Shown here in pieces: positions 24,584-37,621 of a DNA stretch of 64,000 nt (positions within the stretch are counted from its first letter, which is position 1; each line of letters opens with the position of its first letter). A model generated the notes under the pieces. It saw only the letters and a list, made by a program, of their open reading frames with translations, ran no database searches and was not told the DNA's origin. This DNA is from Azolla caroliniana. Its lineage: Eukaryota; Plantae; Polypodiophyta. The position numbers and the translations under genes are program-made. The stretch is taken from assembly GCA_043228905.1 (NCBI GenBank), contig JBHGNT010000009.1, positions 1,240,001 through 1,304,000 on the forward strand, read 5' to 3'.

Positions 24584-27526
24584 TTGGCTCGCATCATTAA
24601 GAATTGGACCGATCTTTGGCTGTCAAGACTCTTTATTCGTGCGAAGGCTGCTTCATTATCGAACACTTTGGTCTCCATCAACATGTACATTATCATCGAT
24701 GAATATCATCGAAGCATCTTGATTAAGGAAGCTGACGTCAACACAAAATATAAAACGGTGGATAAGAAGGTCAAGCTAGTTGCAGTTCCGCTACCGGAAG
24801 ATAGCTGGCAGAAGATGAAGGAAGTCACTAACGACCCAAGCTTAAGAGATCCGAAGACAATAGGTCATGTCTTCACCAAAGAGACGAAGGGAAAGCTACG
24901 AGTTGGAAGGGAGGATTTCCTTCTCCCTGAAGACGAGCGAATGTTTCAAGACATGCTTGAGAGACATGGGAAGACTTTCACATTTTTCCCATGAGAAATC
25001 GGATGTGCTGACCCAAGGACAATAGAACCAATGGTGATCTTCACGGTGCCGCTTGTGCCTTGGAATTTGAAACCGATACCGGTTCCGAGAGCACACCTAC
25101 CGAAGTTGATCGAGCTCTTAAAGGAGAAGGTGAATATGGGAATTCTGGAACCGTCGAATGCTCCTTATTCCAATAAGTGGTTCACGGTCCCAAAGAAGAA
25201 TGGATCATTGCGATTCATCCAAGATCTTCAACCCGTCAATAAGGTGACAATTCGAAATGCCGGAATCGGTCTGAGCGTGGATGAATTTGCCGAGGCGTTT
25301 GCGGGCCGGTCCATCTACTCCATTGGTGATATCTACTCCAGATATGACCAATTCCAATTGGTGATCGACAGTCGTGACATTACAACCATGTGGACTCTGA
25401 TCAGCCTTGTGCGGATGTGTACCTTACCTTAAGGCGCAACGAACTCGGTGGCTCATATGGTGAATGCCATGAACAAAGTCTTGAAGGATTGTATCCCGGA
25501 CATCACGATGCCATTCTTGGATGATATTCCGATAAAAGGATGTTCGGATGAGGAGAAAGATGAGTCGAAAGATAAGGAAGGGTGTAGAAAGTCCGCATTC
25601 GGGCAACTCGAGATCTTGGTGGTAGGTCACTTGTGTGGAGCATACGGCCGGAAGCCTTCGCCATCCAAGGTGAACACGATCCAAGCTATGAAAGAAGAAT
25701 GCGTAAACCAAACGGAGGTTCGAAGGTTCCTTGGAGCATGTGCGTTTTATCATATCTGGATTCCGCAGTACGACCATGTCGCCGAACCTTTATATGGATT
25801 GCTAAAGAAAAGAGTGAAGTTTGAATGGCGTGACGAGCACACGAACGTGATGCGAAGATTGAAGAAACTACTTCTTAAAGCTCCAACACTAAGAAAGGCT
25901 GATTATACCGAAGGAAAGCCAAATTATGTGACTGTAGATACGAGCCCAACCGGAATCGGGTGGGTCATCAACCAAGAGGGAAAAGATAATGCGCGGTATG
26001 CCATCCAATTCAGAGCAAAAGTTCTCAGCGAATGGCAACAAAGATACGCCCAAGTCAAGCGGGAACTTTGGGATATTGTGTCGGCAGTGAAGACGAACAA
26101 AGATTACCTGATCGGGTCGGAAGTGATAATAGAGATAGATTGTCTCCCAATCATCGGAATGATCTCGGGATGTGCAACCCCAGATCTACCTATGCTAAGG
26201 TGGATCGCCTATATCAAGTCTTTAAACCCAGAGATCCATCACATTGCAGGGAAGAAGAACGCCATAGCTGACATGCTGTCAAGGGCAAGATTTGAGAATG
26301 AAAGTGACATGGTTTCGGAAGATGAAGATGTCACCCTCGACTTCTTCAAGGTGAAGAAAGAAGAGCAAGTGACGTTGATGACCAAATTCCACGAGAGTGC
26401 TTGGGCAGGTCATAAAGGAACATGGGCGACATTCGAAAAGTCGAAGGAAAAGTATTGGTGGTCGAGCATGTACAAAGATGTACTCCATTTTGTGTCCACA
26501 TGCGAAACTTGCCAAGTACATTCGAATATACGTCATCTTGATGAGTTACAAACGACATACCCGCTCACCATACACTTCAAATGGATGGTGGATCTGGTCT
26601 CGATGCCAATGGGAGTGGGACAAATGAAGTACTTAGTGCTGGCAAGAGAAGACTTGACAAATCAAGTGGAAGGATGGGCCTTGACGAATAAGACAACGTC
26701 AGCTGTTTGCAAATTTCTACTTGAAGAGGTTGTTTGCCGATACGGATGTGTGGGGAAGATAGTCGTCGACCGAGGGGAATTGGATGCACATGAAGCAACA
26801 GAGCTTTTTGAACGACTAGGTGTGAAGCTCTCCCTCACGACTGCCTACAATCCAAAAGCAAATGGGAAGATCGAGCAAGGGCATGGACCTATCGTCAAAG
26901 CCATTGTACGAGCATGCAACGGATGAGTCGGGAATTGGCCATGACTATTGCCCTATGCCTTGTGGGTTGACAGAACGACACACAGCTGGGTGACAAGGTA
27001 TATGCCAACGGAGCTTATGTATAGACAAAAGTCGGTGATGCCCATCGAAAGGACGATCGCCTCATGGGTAGCGATACCATGGGAGAACAAGATGAGCCAG
27101 GAAGAGTTATTAGCGACACGAATAAGGCAACTTGAAAGGAGACCTAAAGATCTAGAAAAAGCGCGAAAGATGATGGAGGCAGCCTGAGTAAAGAACAAAA
27201 TTCGGTTCCACAAGACGCATCGACTACGTCCCAAGAAGATCAAAGAAGGGGATTGGGTATTGGTCTACGACAGTAGCCTTGACAATCAACACAATACAAC
27301 AAGGAAGTTCGCAAGAAGATGGTTTGGACCATATGTGGTGACAAGTGCTAACGACAATGCCACATACCACCTTGCGGAGCTAGATGGATCAAGGTTGGCC
27401 ATACCCATTGCGGAAAAAAGAGTAAAGATTTTCAAGAAAAGACAAGACGAGGATCCTAACCTCGATCACCTCGACGATGAAGATAGTAGGACAGAAGTAA
27501 ATGAGGACGTGGAGGATTCATACTGA
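24584..27526 (+). pseudogene. Phygy-like Gypsy pol (RT-RH-INT) with stops and small deletions
   Basis: Closely similar to element A pol. Followed by PPT GGTGGGGGTGGA and LTR start TGTCGTGAAG at 27599. Confidence 0.92.
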
Positions 27527-28107
27527 TCACTATTGCCGAAATCTCACTTTCTCTCTTCTTGGCACGTACCGGAGGACATGCGGTTTGGTGGGGGTGGATG
27601 TCGTGAAGATTTTCGGTGATAGTGTGGAAATTGTAACGAACATTCGAAATCGAGTGTGGCTCTTCTCACGAGAAAAACAAAAGAATAATGGTGAAGATAA
27701 TATTTTGAATAAGTTTAATATCTAGGTACAAAAAGATGGAGGTCTTGAAGAGCTTTCAAATGTGTTTTACCACATAAAAAACGGACATCTAAGTGACAAG
27801 TTATGTGGGAGTGAAGTATGAGAAGGAAGAAGAGAAAAATAAAACTGTGAGATATCCCACATAGACAGGACAAAAAAGAACCCTACAATATATAAAGTAG
27901 AGCAAAAGCTATTATCTTTGTGTCTATGTGTGGATTATAGAGAGTTCAAGATGACTTGAACAAAGTTAATATGATGAACGAGTGTGGCTGCCTAGCTACA
28001 GGTTTTGGCCAACCGAAATAGGACCGTCGGCGGCATCCGGCGAGATGACAACGGGATAGATATATAAATAAATATATGTATACACATATATATATACACA
28101 AGGAGTG

Positions 28108-28172
28108 CAAGTGTGGATTTGAACCTTGCATCTCCAAGTTGAGAGTCTATAGGCTTACCACTAAGCCAAGAC
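28108..28172 (-). other. tRNA-like Pol III promoter cassette (SINE head or tRNA relic)
   Basis: A box TGGCTTAGTGG (28168-28158) with pairing D-stem GCTT/AAGC, B box GGTTCAAATCC (28125-28115). No full cloverleaf. Confidence 0.6.
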
Positions 28173-29882
28173 ATTTTCTTGAAATTTTATTTTTATCATT
28201 ATAGTTTTACATGTAAATTCTCATAGATGAGACCTTGAATGAGTAGCATGATTCTCATGCATCACATGTAACGCATGAGCGCCAAATGGCAAGCATGCAT
28301 CACATGCATCATATGCATGAGAGCATCTATAAAAGAGGAGATAAAAAAGAAGAAGGGTTAGGTACCTTTTTTTTATATGAAATTAAGAGAAGAAAATTCG
28401 TTATCGAATTGATCGTGTAACTTGTTTCTTAAATCTAAAGTCAATTGCTCAATCTTAATCTCGCTCTTTCGCCATATCAATCTTTCTCAATCTAAAGTCA
28501 AACGTTTAATCTCAAACTCTCTCTCTCAAATTATCTTAAATACAGCTACCGAATATCCGAAGGTGTGTCAAATACAGCTCATGCGCGGACACCTTGTCAC
28601 CGATCCGGTTTTCGATGTAGACGGTTGTCTGGACCGCCTCCGCCCAATAGAAATGGCGCATGCTCTTCTCCTCTAGAATTTCCCTTGCCACGTCGACAAT
28701 CGACCGGTTCTTCCTTTCTGCCACACTGTTTTGCTCCGGTGTGTACTTGCAGTTGAATTCTCTCCGAATTCCGTTCTGCTGCAGATAATTGTTGAATTGG
28801 CCGGAAAAGAATTCTTTCCCGCCATCCGACCGTAGGCAGTTGATCTTCCTCTCCGTTTCCTGTTCAACCAGTCTTTGAAGGTTCCGGAAACACTTGAATA
28901 CTTCACTCTTCCGCTCAATGAGGTAGATCCATGTGTGTCGGTTGTAGTCGTCGATGAAGGAGACGAAATATCGACTCTCGCCAAGACTAACGTTCTGTGT
29001 CGGCCCCCATACATCCGAATGAGTAAGGTCGAGCTTGTTACGGCTACAGTTTCTTTCGGTAGGGAATGGAAGCCGGTGTTGCTTCCTGAGTTGGCAGGCT
29101 TCACATATTTGGACCTTTCGATCATTGAACTTCGGCAAACCGAAAACAACTTGTTTCGTTTGCAGGTCTTGAAGCCTTCGATAATTGATGTGGCAGATCC
29201 GCTTGTGCTAGAGATCAATATTCGATTCAATCTTCTGTACTTTGGCGAACAAAGCGGTGCCGACGTCATTAGTGTCGAGGATGAACATCCTCCCATCTCT
29301 GCGCCCTTGCGCACTAATCTGGCCCTCTTCCTCGATGAAGCACCCAAGGTGCGTAAACCGCACCTGCATCCCCTGGTCAACAATCTGACCAATTGACACC
29401 AGGTTCTTCGTGATAGTCGGAACGTGTAATACGTTCATCAGCTTCCCCCTCTGTCCGACGTGGCTCAAAGGGACTTCTCCGATATGCACAATTGGGTGAG
29501 GAGTGTCGTCTCCGGTTTCGACGACTCCCGGTTGTTCCAATTTCTCCAAAAAGGAGAACCACTCTTTGTGGCTCGTCATGTGATTCAACGCACCAGAATC
29601 AACGTACCACACTTCCTCCGATTTGAAAGTGGTCTTCTTCATCGAGTTAGCCTCGTGTTTCATCACCAAGGCTGGCCCTTTACCGACTTTTCCGGTTTTT
29701 GATCCTCCCGATCCTTCTGCGTAGCGCGAGCTTTGCCGATTCTCCCGATCAGTTTTGCCGTATCCGGATTTGTCTGAATCGGCGCACTTCTTCCAACACT
29801 CGCTTTCCCTGTGGCCCTTTTTGCCATAGTACCAGCATTCCGTGTCGGCCTTTCCTTGTCGGCTCCCGCTGCCGCTTTGACT

Positions 29883-31399
29883 CATAACTAGTTTTTCCTT
29901 TGTTATTATCAGTTGTAGGTATAGGTGCAGCTTCCTCCAATCGTTGGATAGTGACATCCACCATCTTCTGTTGCCCTTGTAGCTCTAGTTTTCGTTGTTG
30001 AGCTATTTCAATCTCCATGTCATCTTCCTTCTGTTTCAATTTATCTAGCGAGATTGTTTTGGTAGGTGGTTGACCCTCTATCAACCGAGAAGATGACTTA
30101 GAAAGCATTGTTGTCATTGGGGGACATGTATCAGTCTTCGATGGGATCAATGAACCTATCGCAAGTGGCACTTGAGGGTCGTCACTACCTGAAGTGTTGT
30201 ATATTTATTATGAAGGGGAGGAAATTCCTGAAGGTTATTAGGTTGTACTTGTTGAATTTTACTTGGTCGAGAAGTTTTCCTATTCCCTACTATAGTCCAT
30301 CCTTCATATGAGGCCTTATATGGAATAATGGCCGTAGAGGGCTCCACTATATGAGAGGCATTTTGAAACTTAGGACAATGTTTGGCCAAATGGCCAAACC
30401 CGAAACACCGAAACACCGAAAACATTGATTAGGCAGACCTCGGTACATGATTTTCTGAGAATACGGAGACTGCGTTGAGTTCAACAAATTGGGCAACAAA
30501 ATGTGAGACGACAATATTGTCGCCCTAGAAACCAGAATTTTAGCTGATATCGCACCTAACATTTTGTCTCCTTTTTTTCGTGGCTTATCATATACCTCTA
30601 ATACCGTACCAATTGTAGCAGCAATTAATTCGATAGAAATTATCTATTCTTTACACAAATTCGGAAAACCCACCATACATGTATAAAGAGAGTCATGTTC
30701 ATGGAGTACCTAGTTTGTCGAGAAATTGTGGATCCATTTGTGAAAAGAAACCCATCCTCCCTTCATCGCGATAGCTTTCCTGTCTAACATAAATGGCACC
30801 ATTCGATCTAATTCAAACTCGAGCTGATAGTAGTTCCTTCCTAACATTTGCACATCCACGATGTTGTCAACATCTTGTTTTAACACATCTTGTAACAGTA
30901 AACGTATATCCGCACGTGATGGACGAATCCCCAACACACGTGCAATGATCATCCTCCTTTCAGTCACTTGAATCTCTCACAAAATATGAATCCTATCTTG
31001 TTCTGATAACATGAGTTCAACCACATTGTCCGAAATAGGAGTTGCATCTGGGTTAGCTACACTAGAGCCCCAATAAGGCTTATCGCGACCTTGTGTTGAG
31101 TGTTCCTGTCTTAAACCTGCATCCATGTTTGTCGAACCATCACCTACAACCCCATTAAGCAAATTTCTTATCACATCTGATTGCTTGCTATGTGTTCCAA
31201 TCCTAGTCTTTCCTTCAAAAGATGATCCCTCCAACGACCTTGACGCAACAACCTTCGTGGCTAGAATTTCCTGTCCACTTGGTACTACAGTAACATGTGA
31301 ATATGCAGGCATCACCATTGTCTTATTCCCCTGTCCCGATGCTATCAGATCAACCATACATGTGGCGGCTGCTCTAGTAGATGTAACAGATGAAGGCAA
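29883..31399 (-). pseudogene. LINE ORF1 (DUF4283-like plus CCHC knuckle), disrupted
   Basis: MIIARVLG...VQMLGRNYY...FHKW; YRGLPNQCFRCF / CFGFGHLAKHC. Confidence 0.8.
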
Positions 31400-31973
31400 G
31401 GAATCATGGGGAGAGGAAAGTAAGGGAGCGTGAGGAAAGGGAGCTTAAGAAGAGGAAGGTCTAACTGTCAAGGTTTTCTCTAACCTAACTAGTAAACCAC
31501 ATAAACGACTTAACCGGTTTGAGCCGGTTTGGCAAGGCTCAAGCCAAGCCGAACCAAGCTCAAACCGTTTAGTCCAGCTCAAGCCTAAGCCGAGCCGAGC
31601 CGCGAAGCCGGTTTAGCTAAACGGTTTAGGCTTGAGCCGAGCCGTTGCCAATCCCTAGTTGATCCACATTCCATACCATCCATTATGTATGTATTGATGT
31701 AGATGGCGTTGAGAAGAAATAAACATCACAGAGATAAGTCAAATTTCATTAAAAGAAATTCAAAACTCTCCATTGATACATATAGGAAGTTTAGAACTTC
31801 CAAATTTACCGAAACCGTTAGATTCAATCTTGTACAAATTACCAACACATAGTACATTAAATGATGCCCATGATGATTATCTAAATCATTATTCTCATGA
31901 GATCCAACAAAATCATTTTTAAGATGATGATTCATCAATCAATAAGCATGCTCATAATCTTTGAAGATCATGA

Positions 31974-32128
31974 TCAATGGTAGAGATCCAATGCTCGGTA
32001 GGGGGGGTCCGACCCAAGGAAACTACAAGCTTAGATGCAGTGATGCCACTGACGGCCAAGAAATTGCCAGTTTAGAGCACGGCCATAAGGGTTGAGTCGG
32101 CTATCATGTTCATCCTAAATGAGGCCAT
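31974..32128 (-). pseudogene. Internally deleted dirigent pseudogene (tandem duplicate)
   Basis: Keeps the start (ATGGCCTCATTTAGGATGAAC), the C-terminal FLA..G...SKL part and the stop context TCAATGGTAGAGAT. About 420 bp of CDS is missing. Flanks match those of the 33788-34360 gene. Confidence 0.85.
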
Positions 32129-33787
32129 TGCCTCTAAGATGATGATTCTATAATCGAAAAGAAGTTAGTGTGTTGATAAGCAATGTGTAATGGTGCTAGC
32201 TATTGGTTTTGTGAATATTGGGTTCATGAGTTTATTTATATAAGGAACTTCTTGTGGGGTGAGGGCTTCATGAGGACTGGCTTTAAAGAAATGGCACATG
32301 ATTATTATTGGTCTTATTGGCACATAGGCAGGTTCTCCTTTTATCAAGCGCAAGGTTAGAGATCCTTTAACACACGTCGTGCCCACTGTGACAATAGAAC
32401 CTTTACTAGACATGTCTCGATCGACACCTTCTCACTAATCAACACCACTAGAAAGTCTTATTTTTCCCCATGGTGTTTAGAAAGTGCGAGGCTAGAAAGT
32501 CTCATTTTACACATGACGTGCATTAGGTGTGACATTAGAGAGTCCCATTTTGCCCACTGGCATCATCTTTGAGATTAGAACATCAATGTAAGATTGGGGG
32601 TGCGCCTCTATGACGATGACATTACTGCTCGATGACGTGGCATTAGCAATGATACATAACACTACTATCATCATGTTCAGGCTAAGATGATTATGTATTT
32701 ATTTGAAGGAAGTTTACATACAAGCAATTGGTGTGTTATTGGGGGGTAATGAATGTAAGGGATCATTATATATTGTTTTAATTGTGGTAAGGTGGGTTGA
32801 CTCTCTAGAATTTGCACATCATCATTATTTATTGCTCGCACATTTGACCACCCACTCCCCCCCTAACATAATGGGTGCATCTTCATTGGTGCATCAAGTA
32901 TAAGGTGTGACTAATAGATGTCTAAAGGTTTAATGTAGTAGCACAATTTGGTGGGAGAGTGGGTTAGGAGGCTAAGAGCGGGCTAATAGATTGGTGTAGA
33001 AAGAAAGGGTTGGGGTCAAGGTGTAGTTGTTAGTGGTTAAGGCATGTGCATAATAGCATTGGAGGTTTGTGTGGTGGATGCGAGAGAGTTTCGAACGGAT
33101 AATGTGCGAGGGGTTGTGAGCATTCGAGCAAATTCCACACGTGATGTTAAAAACGTAGTGTCGCACGACACTTTCATTGCCACTCATACCCAAGCGAGTG
33201 TCACGCAAAGAAAGGGACAAGGGCTGAGAGAGAGAGCCCAAGAGACAAAAAAGGTGTACATTAAATGTAATTAACCTTAGTCTACAAGAAGTAGACAAGT
33301 GAAATTATTAACGTCTTACCTCTTCATCTTCCTTCTTCTTCACTTCTCTCTCTCTCTCTCTCTCTCTCTGACATTAAACTTTGGCCCTCTTCTCTACTCT
33401 CAAGTTTAAGCCTTAAAGCACTCAATCTAAAGTGCTTAAAGTTCCAACTTATTGTAAGAGCTTGGTTGGCCTAAACCACTTGTGTGATAATAGAGGTGTA
33501 GACTTTCTGGATTTATGCGATAAACTACTACCTACACGGGGTTAAGTCTTAGCCCCACTTCTTTATTTGTATTTGTGTTGAGAGTAAGAGTGAGGAGAGG
33601 ATTACCAAGCTTAATAGCAATTAAAAGAAATTCAAATCACTCTATTGATAAATAAATTAAGTTTAGATCTCCCAGTGTTATTGAACTACTTATTCAAATC
33701 TTGAAACAAGTATAACCAACACATTAAACAGAACGCTCTCGATGATAACCACGAATGTGCACAAATGAAATGTTTAAAGAGTATTCA

Positions 33788-34360
33788 TCAATAGTAGAGA
33801 TGGAGGTCGAAGGAGAGGGTCCAATGTGCGGGTGGGATATGGTCAATGTAAACAAGCTTCGATGTAGCGACGCCACGGGCGGCCAAGAAATCTCCGGTGC
33901 CACCCACGACGGGCAAGTAGCGGACCGCAAGTGGCTCGTACTCTTGTCCCAAGATGGCGATGGTACCCTTGTATTTGCCAGACGTAATGGTGGCGGTGAA
34001 GATGTGTAGGAGGGCATAGTAGTGCTTCGAATTGATGACCCAAATACCTTGGGCAACTCCGATTTGGGTCGACTTGGGTGACGGGCCCGTTGTTATAGGT
34101 GCCTCGAACGTGGACCGCACCCCGAAGCTAAACGGGTTCGGTTGGCTCAAGTTGAAGGGTAGGGCGCTATAGACCGAAGTAAAGACCGAGTTGTTGACGG
34201 CCGGGTTGTAGACCTGGTTGTGGAAGTAGAATACGAATCGGTTCGGGCCATTGGGGGGCTTTCGGCGCGCCTCCACCACATTACCACTCAATGTCGACGC
34301 GATGCAGAGCACGACCATTAGGGTTGCGCCGACAGTTGTGTTCATCCTCAATGAGGCCAT
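33788..34360 (-). CDS. Dirigent (DIR) family protein, 190 aa, intronless, with signal peptide
   Basis: MASLRMN...hydrophobic leader; FVFYFH; FG....E.PIT.GP...S..IG.AQG; Y.GT..ILG; R.LPVVGGTGDF..ARG. N-glycosylation sequons. True start taken as MASL, downstream of a TATA. Confidence 0.93.
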   Translation of the reverse strand: MASLRMNTTVGATLMVVLCIASTLSGNVVEARRKPPNGPNRFVFYFHNQVYNPAVNNSVFTSVYSALPFNLSQPNPFSFGVRSTFEAPITTGPSPKSTQIGVAQGIWVINSKHYYALLHIFTATITSGKYKGTIAILGQEYEPLAVRYLPVVGGTGDFLAARGVATSKLVYIDHIPPAHWTLSFDLHLYY

Positions 34361-34491
34361 TGCCCCTCTAAAGATGATTATGTAGAATTGAAGAGCAAAA
34401 AAGAGTTTTGTAGAGAGTATGTAGCTATGATAATTGGTAGTAGCTATTGGTTTGTAAATAAGGGGTGATGAAGAAGGGTGAGGGGAAATGG

Positions 34492-34503
34492 GTTTATATA
34501 AAA
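34492..34503 (-). promoter_or_regulatory. Putative TATA box of the dirigent gene
   Basis: TATATAAA on the minus strand about 135 bp upstream of the ATG, conserved in the duplicate at about 32232-32243. Confidence 0.65.
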
Positions 34504-34629
34504 GGTCTTGTGTCTTGTGTCCTTGCCCCTTGGGGATTGGTGGGGGCTGACGTTGGGGAAATGGCACATGGTTCCTAATTTTCTATTGACATATTGAAAA
34601 CCTCTCCTTTTATCGCGGCAAGGCCAGAT

Positions 34630-34952
34630 CCTTTAACACACACATCGTGGCCCCCCTATTACAAGAAAACCTTTAACACACATCGTGGCCCCCCTATTAC
34701 AAGGACATATTGTCTTAGAGGGACACCTTCTCACTCAATGACACTAGAAACTCTTAATTTTTCCTCGCCCATCCCTCATGGTGTACACAAAGTTCAAGGC
34801 TTGAAAGTCCCATTTTACACACAACGTGCATTAAGTGCAACATTACAGAGACTCGTTTTCCTCCCTCATGGTGTACACAAAGTGCGAGGCTTGAAAGTCC
34901 CATTTCACACACGACGTGCATTAGGTGCAACATTACAGAGACTCGTTTTCCC
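34630..34952. repeat. Two local tandem duplications (about 40 bp and about 90 bp) upstream of the dirigent gene
   Basis: CCTTTAACACACATCGTGGCCCCCCTATTACAAG twice; TCCCTCATGGTGTACACAAAG...AGAGACTCGTTTTCC twice. Single copies in the pseudogene flank. Confidence 0.8.
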
Positions 34953-36739
34953 CATGGGCATCATCTTTGAGATTAGAACATCAATGCTTTTGCAACTCTC
35001 TTGACATTGAAGTATCTCATTCCACCCATGGGCATTAACTTCATAACGACATTCATATTTCTTTTGGTTATTATATAACCTTTCAATATTGTATGCTAAT
35101 AGATTATGGGTGTGCCTAGGTATATTATCAGTTTTTAGTAATGCTAGGCTTTTGTATAGATTGTGGTAGACTATTTGTAGATTAGACGGTTTTCTTTTAT
35201 TTTCATTAAATAAGCAAGATTTTACATGGGGTCTACAACACCATAGGTCTCAATTATATCATAGTTTTGTAAAATTTGTACTACATTTAGTGTCATATTT
35301 CTTATTGAGACAAAATTGGAGATGCACACTTCACATGTTATAGTCTATGTGATGCATGGAACTACAAAAATTTCTTCCTCTTTGAATTGTTAAATTGCTC
35401 TCATCCTTACATGTATACCAGCCCATTCCCTTGTTCTCCATCCACACAATAACTTCATCATGGTTCAGCTCACATTTTCACGGCTTTGCGATGGGATGTT
35501 GGGAAACTCAGTGTTGACCATGAACATTTGAAAATGTTTGTGAATATTAGTATTTAATCGTAGTGTAGTGTTCCTCCATCAACCAAGGCTTACAAGATCT
35601 AAGGGCAATGTCCCCTAACATAATGGGTGCAACATGCTAGTAGGAGTGAGTTTAGGATGGGATTGTTGGTGGCCTATTTTAAATCAAGGACTTGCCTTAA
35701 AATAACTTGGATATTTTTTTCCTGTTGTCCCCTTAAAAATAAGTCATTATTATTTAGAGATGCTTGCTTCTTGCTTCAATGGTTCAATGTATTGAAGCAC
35801 CTTTTTTTCTAGAATATATATCATCTTATTTTACTTTAATTTATACTTGGCACCTTTTTCACAAATACTTTTCTAAAATATATTTCATTTTATTCTACTT
35901 TAATTGGTATCTCTTTCTCCCTATTTCATTTCAAAGTAAGACTTAAAAGTCTAGGTTTGAAGTTAAGACCCCTACACTTTAAGCAATTGGGTTAACAATT
36001 TCTTTATTGTTCCGCATTTTCTTCTATGTAACTATAAAGAGACTTAATTCCTAGCCAATAAGGGACTTGGTTTCTATTGCTGAAGAGAGGAATATTAAGG
36101 GATGACTATTACTATGAAGAGGGATGGCTACCGTGAAAAAGAGGGATAAATGCATTACCATATATTCATAATCAATGTGATTTGGTTTCCAGAAAGATTT
36201 GAGAATTTCAATTCAAATTTGGGTTTTTTTTGCCAAGATTAATATGGATTACTTTTTGTATCAATCTTTGTTTGTTGAATGTTAGAAAAAGTTCTTTCAC
36301 GTGTATTATCGATTGTAGTTGTGGTAATTTCATAATTTGGATGCATTTAAAGTATAGCTTCGCTTCCAATACATTTTCACTAATTCAATATTCAAGTTCT
36401 TCTCTAATGAACTACTTGATCTTGGAACCATATATTATCAAGATGGAAGACATTCTTAGTGAAAAATAAAGAAGAAGAAGAAGAAGAAGAAGAAAATAAC
36501 TACGAAATGCATAAAATATATTACAAGAAAGCATACCTTATATGAGAAACATGGCAAATGTTTGACTGGAATGGACTTAAGATTCGTGATCCTTATTAAA
36601 TATTGAGAAGCTTCTTATTGAACTTTAAGAGTTGCCTTAATACTCAGGCACAAATGAAATTATTCCAAATCTATATCTAAATAAATGATTGGAGGCATGT
36701 TGGCATTGACATGGTGAGATATTTTGAGTCACTCAAATA

Positions 36740-37600
36740 ATTATAGATAATCGCATGATGAAGTAACCATGTTCCATTCTATGTATATATGATCCCAATC
36801 TTCTATAACAAGTAAATCATCAATACATTTGTGGTCAATAGTCTTCTCGGTTGTTGTCCAAGTACTCACAATACATGTATGGGTGATTGATAAATTGTTA
36901 AAGTTGAATTCCATCTTGTAACTACATGAACTAGGCAAGGTGGTTCTTGTTTTAGAATGTATTCCAAAAATGGCAGTTCTTGATTGAGAATGTTTTCCAA
37001 AAATAGCTCTACAAACTTTAGGGGTGCATTTAGAATAACCTCTAATGCAACTTTACACTAAGATAATATGTATGAACCATCATGCATCTCAACATATGCG
37101 ATGCATTTACAATGTATTTTCCTTGGTGTCTTTGCAACAATCTAGCCAACTTCGTGAATGTGATTCGAGCATCATTAGCATCATCTAATGTTGTGAATAA
37201 AAACCATGAAGAAACACCAGATTCTAGATGAGTGAGCATAAGTTTCACCTTATGTTTTTCCTACTCCATCTCTAGGAAATACATCTAGAAAGTCTAGTAA
37301 GAGCATAGAAATTGGCAAAGAGACCCAATTTAAAGTCACTAGATAAAATCCTTTCGAACTACACATTTGTATATCCTCTAGCATCCTTGTTACGTGGAAT
37401 GAAAGATTGTTGTGCATCAAGTTGCAAACTTCTTGTACATGCATTCACGCCACCAAAGACAATGACCCCCCCCTTGCATTTTAAATAAGTAATATCCTCT
37501 TCTTCATTGACAAAATGTTGACCTTTATTCAAACAAGCATAAAAGTTACAATCTTGACCAGGAGTGTAACATTCAACAACAAATGTGGACATATTACTTA
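36740..37600 (-). pseudogene. Highly decayed Gypsy RT relic
   Basis: FLDVFP, GQHFVNEEEDI..VIVFGGVNA and CIDDLLV resemble Gypsy RT motifs. Confidence 0.35.
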
Positions 37601-37621
37601 GTATTTCTATTTTGAGCCATA

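Larger units (their letters stand above)
20893..29882 (-). mobile_element. Ty1/Copia element truncated at both ends, with nested solo LTR and Gypsy
   Basis: Zn knuckle and PR WYVDSGA..HM (29208-29880); INT CEACQ..HSDVWGP..LRSDGGKEF (28536-29138); RT YVDD (22801-23765); RH (21922-22800); PPT at 21029-21038; LTR remnant 20893-21028. Confidence 0.88.
16366..31459 (-). mobile_element. Full-length degenerate L1-clade LINE, split by nested LTR elements (about 20890-29882)
   Basis: 17-bp TSD TCTAACTG(C/T)CAAGGTTT at 16349-16365 and 31460-31476. Short T tract at the 3' end. ORF1 and ORF2 remnants. Confidence 0.85.
15653..31657. mobile_element. Non-autonomous hAT-like DNA transposon hosting nested insertions
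   Basis: TIRs TATGGATCGGCAACG / CGTTGCCAATCCCTA. 8-bp flanks GTTGAATC / GTTGATCC (6/8). Subterminal AAACCG/AGCCG motif clusters and inverted AAGCCTAAACCGTTT at both ends. Confidence 0.75.

Noticed and set aside
28108-28172. Functional tRNA genes (also 42688-42754 and 37689-37748)
   Set aside because: Acceptor, anticodon and T stems do not pair. Only promoter-box similarity is present.
34361-34567. Longer 259-aa dirigent ORF
   Set aside because: The extension spans the TATA box. The signal peptide begins at MASL.
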